From positions 360,001-392,000 of the forward strand of contig NC_017448.1 of NCBI RefSeq assembly GCF_000146505.1: a DNA stretch of 32,000 nt, read 5' to 3'. Under the pieces are notes generated by a model that was not told the origin of the DNA, did no database searches, and saw only the letters and a program-made list of their open reading frames with translations. Shown one piece after another: positions 8,832 to 16,130 of the stretch. This stretch comes from Fibrobacter succinogenes subsp. succinogenes S85. Lineage in GTDB: Bacteria > Fibrobacterota > Fibrobacteria > Fibrobacterales > Fibrobacteraceae. The number at the start of each line of letters is the position of its first letter. Positions within the stretch are counted from its first letter, which is position 1. The translations under genes and the position numbers were made by a program.

Positions 8832-10585
8832 TACTTTCTTGCTCCATTCAGCACATTCGGGAGTTTTTCCAAAGTATCACTCAATTCCCCATAAGTATTT
8901 GAAAGACTTTCAGAAACCTTGGTCACATTCTGCGTGTAGGCATCCAAAAATTCTTTAGTCCGCTTCGCAACAGTTTCAGAATACTGATTCAGGCCATCAC
9001 TCAGTTCCTTGAAGATACCTTCTAGCGACTCGCTAATTTCCGAGAATTCCTGAGCATATTGCGCAGAAACTTCCTTCGAGTGGTCCAGCGATTCTTCAAT
9101 TTGCTTGAAAGTATGATCCGTTTCTTCGATGGATTTCTTATAAGTCTGCACCAAATTATCTTGCGATTGTTGCAATGACGTAGCAGAATTTTCAACATGA
9201 CCAGAAGCAGATTCCAATTTGCTAGCCGCAGATTCCACAGTCTTATGCAATCGTTCAAATTTTGTAAGCAAGGCTGCAGTTTCTTTCAGAGTTGCTGTCG
9301 ATGCATTTGCCTGCTTTTCAAATTCCTGCATAAGAGCCACAGACTTGTCATTCATCTGAGACTGCTTTTCAACCAAATTTGCACCCACTTGAGCCGTTTG
9401 TGCATTAGCGGCAGAAATCTGTTCGCTCATCTGCCCCACATTATTTTGAATATTCTCTGTCAGTTTTTGGAGGATTTCAGGCAAAGTTGACATCGTATCG
9501 GATGCGTTATCCAATTGACGCCCAAGAATTTCAAGTCTTTCGGTAGTTGCATTTGACACAGAATTCTTAAGTTCATCAATCATTTCCATGATGCTCCTGC
9601 GCAAGTCATCACCAATGCTACTTGCCATCGATGCCGCAGGGCTCTGAATTGCCTTGGTCAGTTCATCCAATTTTTGCATCAAAGGTTCAAGAGCGCTTTC
9701 TCTCAACCCATCGCTCAAGCGGTCATAGAATTCTTCAAGCACACCTTCAATCATGGATTTCTGTTCGGCGCAGGATTTCATCACAGCATTCAGCATATTG
9801 CCCGAAGTTACCGTATTGCCATTGCCATCGATCGCGGTAAAGTTTTTGGTCATTTCAGCCGCAACAAACTTTATCTGAGAATCCATAGACTTGTTCATTT
9901 CAGAAACAAGGCCCTTGACAAGATAGGACATATCCTTCTTTTGACGTTCCTGAATAATAGTCTGTTTTTCAAGTTCCGAGATATAGTACACTTCATCAAG
10001 CTTGTCCGATATAGTGACACACTTTTTAGTCAAAATATTCAAGCTATATTTTTCAGCCAAGGTATAAATCGTAGAAAGAAGCATACCAGCCACAGAAGTG
10101 ACAAAAGCGGTTTTCATACCCGCAATCAAGCCTCCAACACCTTTGATTAATTGGTCAGGATTGTCTTTTATCTGAGTCAAATCAATATCACCAAGACCAA
10201 TCGTAAGGCCAATGAATGTTCCCAGAACACCAATACCGACAAGGATGCCAGCAGCAGCGCCCATTGCATTGACATTAATTTTAGCAGCTGTCAGAATGGC
10301 TCCCAAATTGAAATAGTCCGATGCAAATTCCGATGTTTTAAGCGAATCATCTCGGTCCTTAAAACAAATCGTTCTTTTATACTCTTTAGAGATAAACCTC
10401 GTCACCAAATAGGGCTTTTCAAGGTATTCCAGCAAATTCGGTCGATTGGCAACATTCCCTATTTGAGAGATGGTAATCTTGCATATTTTAATAACTTTCC
10501 AAATATAGTAGACAAATATGATAAACAAGAAAATCAGAACAACGAGGGTGCATGTATCACCCATAATTTTTCCAATGAAATTCAT
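8831..10585 (-). CDS. zorA: ZorA-like MotA/ExbB/TolQ-family ion-channel subunit with a long C-terminal coiled-coil tail.
   Basis: 584-aa ORF with TM1 (TLVVLIFLFIIFVYYIW). A MotA_ExbB-type helix pair follows (MGAAAGILVGIGVLGTFIGLTIGL ... GLIAGMKTAFVTSVAGMLLSTIYTLAEKY). The remaining roughly 400 aa are heptad-like, Ser/Glu/Gln/Leu/Lys-rich helical sequence with no other recognisable domain. Confidence 0.85.
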   Translation of the reverse strand: MNFIGKIMGDTCTLVVLIFLFIIFVYYIWKVIKICKITISQIGNVANRPNLLEYLEKPYLVTRFISKEYKRTICFKDRDDSLKTSEFASDYFNLGAILTAAKINVNAMGAAAGILVGIGVLGTFIGLTIGLGDIDLTQIKDNPDQLIKGVGGLIAGMKTAFVTSVAGMLLSTIYTLAEKYSLNILTKKCVTISDKLDEVYYISELEKQTIIQERQKKDMSYLVKGLVSEMNKSMDSQIKFVAAEMTKNFTAIDGNGNTVTSGNMLNAVMKSCAEQKSMIEGVLEEFYDRLSDGLRESALEPLMQKLDELTKAIQSPAASMASSIGDDLRRSIMEMIDELKNSVSNATTERLEILGRQLDNASDTMSTLPEILQKLTENIQNNVGQMSEQISAANAQTAQVGANLVEKQSQMNDKSVALMQEFEKQANASTATLKETAALLTKFERLHKTVESAASKLESASGHVENSATSLQQSQDNLVQTYKKSIEETDHTFKQIEESLDHSKEVSAQYAQEFSEISESLEGIFKELSDGLNQYSETVAKRTKEFLDAYTQNVTKVSESLSNTYGELSDTLEKLPNVLNGARK

Positions 10586-10634
10586 AGAAGAAAGCCTCTA
10601 CTAATAGCAATTATTTTTACTAATAATAATTTTT

Positions 10635-11159
10635 TTACTCGCAATCCAAGCAAGTCCATTCGACAACGCCGTCGCCATGGCCATCAAAACGTTCACGAGT
10701 GTACTTTTCAATATCAATAAGGAATCCAATATCGCCCGCATTTTCGGTACAACAACCATCGCAGTCGCTATCGGAACACATATCATAAACTACGGCGTCA
10801 ATCGTGGAGCCGTTCATGCGGAGTCTAAAAGTTTTGAGCTTATACTGTTTCCAGTCCTTTTCGTGAACGGCAATGATGTTGTGCTGGCTCACCCATTCTT
10901 CGGTCATTTGACCTTCAACACCGGCAAAGTAGCCAGCCCATGTGCAGCCATTGTACTCGATGCATTCTTCGCTGTCGGGTTCCGGCCAAGACGTGTACCA
11001 TGTGAGATTTGCCTGATGCCAAACGGTATCCGCGACGGTTTCGCTCGAAGACGAAGGCGCGCTCGCCGAAGATGAGGAGTCCGGAAGGACCGTTGAATTA
11101 TCCGTTGTACAAGCCACAAATGCACCTGAGGCGCAAGCAACAGCGAATGCAAAAAACAT
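10635..11159 (-). CDS. Secreted or lipid-anchored Cys-rich protein, possibly with a double-psi beta-barrel (barwin/expansin/GH45-like) fold.
   Basis: 174-aa ORF with hydrophobic N-terminus MFFAFAVACASGAFVAC, a Ser-rich linker (SSSSASAPSSSSE), then NLTWYTSW...CIEYNGCTWAGYF...IDAVVYDMCSDSDCDGCCTENAGDIGFLIDIEKYTRERF. This resembles the x-T-x-Y ... V-x-D-x-C ... D-L/I-s pattern of DPBB proteins. The fold call is weak. Confidence 0.55.
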   Translation of the reverse strand: MFFAFAVACASGAFVACTTDNSTVLPDSSSSASAPSSSSETVADTVWHQANLTWYTSWPEPDSEECIEYNGCTWAGYFAGVEGQMTEEWVSQHNIIAVHEKDWKQYKLKTFRLRMNGSTIDAVVYDMCSDSDCDGCCTENAGDIGFLIDIEKYTRERFDGHGDGVVEWTCLDCE

Positions 11160-11198
11160 ACTTCATAAAAAATTTCATCAAAAAAGAACCTTTAACTT

Positions 11199-11870
11199 TT
11201 AATCCATAATCGCTATACCGAGGCTTATCGCGAATATGTGATTGATATAGTAGTTTTCGTGTTTGACATCGCGGTATTTATCGGAGAATGACCCAAATTC
11301 CGCAATATACTTAAGACGAAGCATAAGTCCCAAATTAAAACCGATTTCACCCGCATTAATATAGCCCGAATCAAAGCGAAAATCTACGTTTCCTCCCATA
11401 ATAAACGTAGAGAAATCCATATCATCATTACCATTATTGAAGATATTTCCACCAAAACCAATAAAGGGCTGTAATTCCACATAACGTGAATTGAAGACCG
11501 CATAACCTAAAGTAAGCCCAAGAGATTCGTCTGTTTCTTCATGACTGCGGTCATATTCAGTAAAGCAAACACCATCGTAGAGGTAAGGTAAACTATGTAT
11601 CAGTCCCCAACCATAGTAAAAGCCTACCGCCACTCGCGATAGCTGCAATTCGAAATCAATAATGAACGGGAACCCCATCCTCACATCAAGATACTTATTC
11701 ACATCACCCGTAGTAGTACCAACCCACGAGCCAAAGAATAAAGCGATATCGATCCAATAGCTCCGTTCGTCATCGGAACTTTTCCCGGATGTGCCGACTG
11801 GTTCTGCCCACAGGCAGGTCGATGCAAGCAGTAGAATGGCCAGCAGACTTTTAAATTTGTTCAGAATCAT
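11199..11870 (-). CDS. Outer-membrane beta-barrel-like protein, a barrel-only member of the same family as 583..1839 and 1843..3141.
   Basis: The likely start is the internal Met at 11870 (MILNKFKSLLAILLLASTCLWAEP signal peptide). The track start at 11903 would run through the terminator hairpin. Family motifs are LGLTLGYAVFNSRYVELQPFIGFGGN and GGNVDFRF. Confidence 0.75.
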   Translation of the reverse strand: MILNKFKSLLAILLLASTCLWAEPVGTSGKSSDDERSYWIDIALFFGSWVGTTTGDVNKYLDVRMGFPFIIDFELQLSRVAVGFYYGWGLIHSLPYLYDGVCFTEYDRSHEETDESLGLTLGYAVFNSRYVELQPFIGFGGNIFNNGNDDMDFSTFIMGGNVDFRFDSGYINAGEIGFNLGLMLRLKYIAEFGSFSDKYRDVKHENYYINHIFAISLGIAIMD

Positions 11871-11883
11871 TTGATAGAAATAT

Positions 11884-11916
11884 AAAAAAAGAACCCGCAA
11901 CAAACGGATTCTTTTT
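11884..11916 (-). terminator. Rho-independent terminator downstream of glyQS (potentially bidirectional).
   Basis: Plus strand reads aaaaaaa-gaacccg-caacaaa-cggattc-ttttt. This gives an 8-bp stem with one mismatch (agaacccg/cggattct), a 7-nt loop, an A7 run on one side and a T5 run on the other. Confidence 0.65.
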
Positions 11917-11984
11917 AGTGGTTAGTACGCAGTGACTGGTAAACAGGGGAAGACAATTGTGGAGCTAAGCTCCACCACTGTCAA

Positions 11985-12007
11985 CTGTCTACTGCCTACT
12001 GTCTACT
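11985..12007. repeat. Degenerate 7-nt tandem microrepeat (gtctact / gcctact / gtctact) abutting the glyQS stop.
   Basis: Read directly at 11987..12007. Together with 13521..13547, 22664..22690 and the 14-mers at 25568..25609, it forms a set of 7/14-nt periodic intergenic repeats. Confidence 0.6.
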
Positions 12008-12009
12008 AA

Positions 12010-13422
12010 TTAGCAGCCGAGCTTTTCGAAGAGGTAAGCTTCGAGCTTGTCGATAGCGACGAGTTCCTGTTTCATGGAGTCGCGTTCGCGAACAGTCACG
12101 TAGCCAAGCTTTGCCGGATCGGATTCACCCTCGCCAACAGTGTCGAAGTCAACGGTCACGCAGAACGGCGTGCCGAGTTCGTCCTGACGGCGGTAGCGCT
12201 TACCGATGGACTGCGTTTCGTCGTATTCGACGTTCCAGCGGTTGAGGAGCTTCTGATAAAGTTCTTCGGCCTTTTCCTTGACCTTGCCCTTCTTCACGAG
12301 CGGGAGCACGGCAACCTTGACCGGAGCAACCTTCGGATCGAAGTGGAGCACGGTACGTTCGTCGTTTTCGAGCTTTTCGACTTCGTAAGCGTTGCAGAGA
12401 AGCACGAGGAGCAAACGTTCCACACCGAGAGACGGTTCAACAACGTACGGGATGTAGCGTTTGTTCTGAACCGGGTCAATGTATTCCTGCTTGACCTTGG
12501 ATTCGTTCTGGTGCTGCGTGAGGTCGTAGTTCGTACGAGATGCGATACCCCAGAGTTCGCCCCAGCCGAACGGGAATTCGTATTCGACGTCGGTGGTGCC
12601 GTTACTGTAGTGGGAAAGTTCTTCCTTGGCATGTTCGCGGAGGCGGAGCTTTTCACGCTTCACGCCGAGATCGTTCACGAGCCATTCGAAGCAGTACTTA
12701 CGCCAGAAGTTGTACCAATCGAGTTCAGTACCCGGTTCGCAGAAGAATTCAAGTTCCATCTGTTCGAATTCGCGAGTACGGAAGATGAAGTTACCCGGAG
12801 TAATTTCGTTACGGAAAGACTTACCGATCTGACCGACACCGAACGGGATGCGCGGGCGGACGTTGTCAACGATGTTGCGGAAGTCCACGAAGATACCCTG
12901 AGCGGTTTCCGGACGGAGATAGACCTTGTTGCCTTCGCCTTCAATCACGCCGATTTCAGTCTGGAACATGAGGTTGAATGCACGCGGCTTTGTCCAATCG
13001 GTCTTGCCGCAAGTCGGGCATTCAATCTTGTTGTCCACCATCATCTGGTGAACTTCGTCAAAATTCTTGCCAGCGCAGCAGCCTTCACCGAGCTTTTCTT
13101 CGAGGAGCTGGTCAGCGCGGAAACGTTCGTGGCAAGCGAGGCAGTCCACGAGCGGGTCAGAGAAGTTGCCCACATGGCCAGAAGCCTTCCAAACGCGGGG
13201 GTTCAAAAGAATAGAGCTATCGAGACCAAGCACATCGTGGCGGGAAGTCACGAACTTCTTCCACCAGAGATTCTTGATGTTGCGCTTGAGTTCCACGCCA
13301 TACGGACCGTAGTCCCAAGTATTGGCGAGGCCATCGTAAATTTCGGAGCCGGGGAAAATGAAGCCGCGGCGTTTGCAGAGGGAGATGATGTCCTTGAGGG
13401 CATCCTGAACTTTCTTTGCCAT
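12010..13422 (-). CDS. glyQS: Glycine--tRNA ligase (class II, homodimeric GlyQS type).
   Basis: Hallmark sequence MAKKVQDALKDIISLCKRRGFIFPGSEIYDGLANTWDYGPYG, class II motif 2 region FRNEITPGNFIFRTREFEQMELEFF, and GVERLLL. I prefer the Met at 13422 (MAKK...) to the track start at 13449. Confidence 0.95.
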   Translation of the reverse strand: MAKKVQDALKDIISLCKRRGFIFPGSEIYDGLANTWDYGPYGVELKRNIKNLWWKKFVTSRHDVLGLDSSILLNPRVWKASGHVGNFSDPLVDCLACHERFRADQLLEEKLGEGCCAGKNFDEVHQMMVDNKIECPTCGKTDWTKPRAFNLMFQTEIGVIEGEGNKVYLRPETAQGIFVDFRNIVDNVRPRIPFGVGQIGKSFRNEITPGNFIFRTREFEQMELEFFCEPGTELDWYNFWRKYCFEWLVNDLGVKREKLRLREHAKEELSHYSNGTTDVEYEFPFGWGELWGIASRTNYDLTQHQNESKVKQEYIDPVQNKRYIPYVVEPSLGVERLLLVLLCNAYEVEKLENDERTVLHFDPKVAPVKVAVLPLVKKGKVKEKAEELYQKLLNRWNVEYDETQSIGKRYRRQDELGTPFCVTVDFDTVGEGESDPAKLGYVTVRERDSMKQELVAIDKLEAYLFEKLGC

Positions 13423-13520
13423 TATATATCCTTTATCGGCCGTGCCCATGAGGCATGTTTTGGCCGGACTAGGAACCTACCTGGATGATAGGCCCTGACG
13501 GGGGGGTAAATATAGAATTT

Positions 13521-13547
13521 AGACGAGAGACTAGAGACGAGAGATAG
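13521..13547. repeat. Tandem 14-nt microrepeat (agacgagaga-ctag, two copies) upstream of glyQS.
   Basis: agacgagaga occurs at 13521..13530 and 13535..13544, separated by ctag. The 11-mer agacgagagac recurs at 17349..17359, just upstream of the pgpA ATG. Confidence 0.6.
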
Positions 13548-13560
13548 AAAAATCAGAGGA

Positions 13561-14205
13561 TTACCAAGCGTCTTTCATTTCATCTTTTAAATCATATAAG
13601 GTCTGCAAGAGACGGTTCACCATGTAATTATCATATTTGCCGACTTCAATACCGATAAAATTCATGCAAAACATATCGGCATATTCGACACCAAAGGATC
13701 CTGTGTCAAAACGATAATCAAAGAGGTTTTCAACAAATATTTTCGCATGGTTTATTTTCCGAACACTGGGAATTTCGCAAATTTCAGAGTGATGTTCGTT
13801 CAAATAGTTGTCCAAGATTTTATTGGGGCCATTTCGCTTAACGCAATGCGGAATAAAGCCATCCAGCGGATCTTTTGCGCACAAAGTCATTTCGCTATTC
13901 GATGAATCCAGCAAATCCTGACGGTACGAATAAAGATTTACTCTTTCTACTGTTACGTCTATAAAACGAAAGACTCTTTCTTTTTGTACTTGTTCTTCTT
14001 CCCATTCTTCATCTGTCGCTGTTGAATCGAGCCATTTATACTTCTCTACGCTATGCAAAGAAGGCAATCCATATGATGTAGCAAGTTCTGTAGAATGCGG
14101 ATGCTTGACATAATAAAAATCAAATTCATTAAAATGGTACAGCAGCAAAGCGATACTCAAAATTAAACCGCAAAGAAGAATCTTGTTAACAGGCCCCTTA
14201 ATCAT
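13561..14205 (-). CDS. Hypothetical membrane-anchored protein.
   Basis: 214-aa ORF with a single N-terminal TM (ILLCGLILSIALLLY). I recognise no motifs. Confidence 0.65.
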   Translation of the reverse strand: MIKGPVNKILLCGLILSIALLLYHFNEFDFYYVKHPHSTELATSYGLPSLHSVEKYKWLDSTATDEEWEEEQVQKERVFRFIDVTVERVNLYSYRQDLLDSSNSEMTLCAKDPLDGFIPHCVKRNGPNKILDNYLNEHHSEICEIPSVRKINHAKIFVENLFDYRFDTGSFGVEYADMFCMNFIGIEVGKYDNYMVNRLLQTLYDLKDEMKDAW

Positions 14206-14218
14206 AAGCTCAATTTAC

Positions 14219-14245
14219 AAAAAAGACCCCACTTGCGCAGGGTCT
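14219..14245 (-). terminator. Rho-independent terminator after the Ser-rich secreted protein gene.
   Basis: Plus strand reads aaaaaa-gaccc-cacttgcgca-gggtc-t. The stem agaccc/gggtct is 6 bp with a 10-nt loop, followed on the minus strand by T6. Confidence 0.6.
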
Positions 14246-14277
14246 CATTTAGATTGGGAGTATCTTAACGTTACGTT

Positions 14278-15849
14278 TTATCGTACATTTACTATTTGCT
14301 GCTGAGCACCTACACGGAGCAAATAAGATCCGCTACGTGGCACTTGCATCGAGAAATTCGGAACACTTGCACGACTGCTGTAAATCACACGGCCCTGCAT
14401 ATCAAGCAAATTAATGTCGCTTCCAATTTTAGCGCCCGAAATCTGGAGATTGCGGCCATTCACAAAAGCGGAGAATTTTGCAATAGGAGTTGTCTTTTCC
14501 AAACCCATGCCCGGATTAAACTTTGTCCAAACTCTAGATTTGCAGACAAATACAGTTTTCAAATCCGTAACATAATAAGTCATGTTTTCACGCTTGGCAG
14601 TGCAACTCGGCATATCTTCTTCGGTGCCCACAGCTTCAACAACGATATCCGGGATAATGCTAGAGCTGGATACAGCCTTTGAACTAGACGATGTTGATTT
14701 TTTGCTGCTAGAAGAAGAAGCCTTGGCAGAAGAACTGGAACCAGATTTTGCGCTACTAGAAGATGCCGGTTTTGCAGAAGAACTCGATGCAGCCTTCGCA
14801 CTACTTGAAGACGCAGGCTTAGCACTGCTCGAAGAAGCCTTAACGCTGCTAGACGATACAGCCTTTGCGCTAGAGCTAGAAGCCGGCTTGACAGAAGAAC
14901 TAGAAGCAGGTTTCGAGCTGCTCGAGGATTCCACCTTGACGCTACTAGATGATGCAGGAGCAACGCTAGAGCTAGAGGGAGTTGCGCTAGATGACGACGA
15001 AGTCACTGAGGAACTAGAAACCACGACACTCGAGCTAGACAGTGCAACACTAGAACTTGAGAGAATATTGCTAGAACTAAACTGCGCAACGCTAGACGAA
15101 GAAGGCGTTTCAGAAGAACTAGAAAGCTCAACGCTAGAACTCGAGGCAAGCGTTTCACTGCTTGACGAAACTACTTCCACACTTGAGGAGGACAGATCGG
15201 CGGACTCTGCAACAAACGTAGCGCTCACTTCAACATCAAAATTCGGCATATCGAAAGCACAACTTCCTTCGACAGCAGTGCTACCCATTCCCCACATTCC
15301 TGGATTCGTTACATTACCAGGTTCAACAGTCGTGCAAGGCACAATTGTTTTAGAATCTAGGGAACGGTTCACGCTAACCGAGGCCACTTTGTAACCACTT
15401 GCCGGATTCGGGTTCACAGTCACCTTTACACCCGGTTTGGTACGATCACGATAACGGTCACTAAACGAAAGCGTCACATTTCCGTTATCTGTATTTTTTA
15501 CAGTAAGGTAATAGCGCAAGGATTCAAAAGAAGCCGAAACAAAAACATCATGATCCGGCATTAAAAATTTTGATTCGCTTTTTTCAACAGTAGAAACTTT
15601 TCGTTGATTGTAAGCATCACCGTATTCATCGTAAACAGTAAAGCCCACAAAAACTTTTCCATCAGGAATGATTGGAGCTACATCAAGCCAGGATCCCGCA
15701 GGTGCTTCACCAACAACAGCTTGGTTTAGCATGACGTTAAACGATTTTTCTTCATCGTTTCCGACTTTGTTGATTTTATAATTTTGAGCATAAGCGCTCA
15801 TGGCGAACGCAAGCGTCGCCCCCATTCCAAGGCAGATTTTTTTCCTCAT
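14278..15849 (-). CDS. Secreted protein with two beta-rich repeat domains, a roughly 180-aa Ser-rich linker and a C-terminal sorting-domain-like beta-sandwich (T9SS CTD-like).
   Basis: The likely start is at 15849 (MRKKICLGMGATLAFAMSAYAQ signal peptide). Two internal repeats end in F-x-MP-x-x-DV-x-VSA-x-F. The linker is SSSSAKPASSSSAKAASSSS-type. The C-terminus is NLQISGAKIGSDINLLDMQGRVIYSSRASVPNFSMQVPRSGSYLLRVGAQQQIVNVR, which resembles Por secretion tail domains. Confidence 0.8.
   Translation of the reverse strand: MRKKICLGMGATLAFAMSAYAQNYKINKVGNDEEKSFNVMLNQAVVGEAPAGSWLDVAPIIPDGKVFVGFTVYDEYGDAYNQRKVSTVEKSESKFLMPDHDVFVSASFESLRYYLTVKNTDNGNVTLSFSDRYRDRTKPGVKVTVNPNPASGYKVASVSVNRSLDSKTIVPCTTVEPGNVTNPGMWGMGSTAVEGSCAFDMPNFDVEVSATFVAESADLSSSSVEVVSSSSETLASSSSVELSSSSETPSSSSVAQFSSSNILSSSSVALSSSSVVVSSSSVTSSSSSATPSSSSVAPASSSSVKVESSSSSKPASSSSVKPASSSSAKAVSSSSVKASSSSAKPASSSSAKAASSSSAKPASSSSAKSGSSSSAKASSSSSKKSTSSSSKAVSSSSIIPDIVVEAVGTEEDMPSCTAKRENMTYYVTDLKTVFVCKSRVWTKFNPGMGLEKTTPIAKFSAFVNGRNLQISGAKIGSDINLLDMQGRVIYSSRASVPNFSMQVPRSGSYLLRVGAQQQIVNVR
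14659..15201 (-). repeat. Low-complexity Ser-rich coding repeat (degenerate tandem SSSS-A/V-K-P/A-A units).
   Basis: Covers residues about 235-415 of the ORF. The DNA shows repeated gctgct/agaaga/gaaga-type units, and the complement gives a spurious L/E-rich 270-aa ORF. Confidence 0.8.
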
Positions 15850-16130
15850 ACAAATCCCTAACTTTTGTATTCTCAAATTTAGTATAAGTTTTTTCATGTG
15901 CAATATATCACAATTAACGAAATATTACAAATAAGGAATTTATATGCAAATAAACATTGAAAAAATTTCAAAAAACACATTTCTGAAATATTGAGAAATT
16001 CAGAACACCACAAATTAGGTAAACAAACCATTACAGTCTTTTTAATAGATTCACCATATTCCATTTTAGTCCGTAAAAAAACGCTTTTATTTTTTGATAT
16101 ATTTCTACCGAATTTAAGCCAATAGAATAT

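Noticed and set aside
8100-10585. Interpretation of the MotA/MotB-like pair as a flagellar stator, TolQR or ExbBD
   Set aside because: The MotA-like protein carries a roughly 400-aa coiled-coil tail absent from those systems. There is no TolA/TolB/Pal, TonB or flagellar gene nearby. The pair is translationally coupled to an SNF2-Mrr gene, which fits Zorya rather than the housekeeping motors.
11959-11975. Perfect 7-bp hairpin gtggagc-taa-gctccac downstream of glyQS
   Set aside because: It has no adjacent T-run on either strand. The better terminator candidate is the hairpin at 11884..11916 flanked by A7/T5.
12343-13488. 381-aa plus-strand ORF
   Set aside because: It is antisense to glyQS, whose identity is unambiguous. 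The product is repetitive (E/F/V/A-rich) as expected from the complement of a codon-biased gene.
13423-13520. Possible T-box or other leader structure upstream of glyQS
   Set aside because: The leader is about 100 nt or less, and I see only a short cggcc/ggccg hairpin. There is no specifier-loop or T-box consensus, which is not enough to call a riboswitch.
14582-15394. 270-aa Leu/Glu-rich plus-strand ORF
   Set aside because: It is the reverse complement of the Ser-rich repeat (AGC/TCT-type codons read as GCT/AGA/GAA/CTA), so it stays open only because of the repeat composition.
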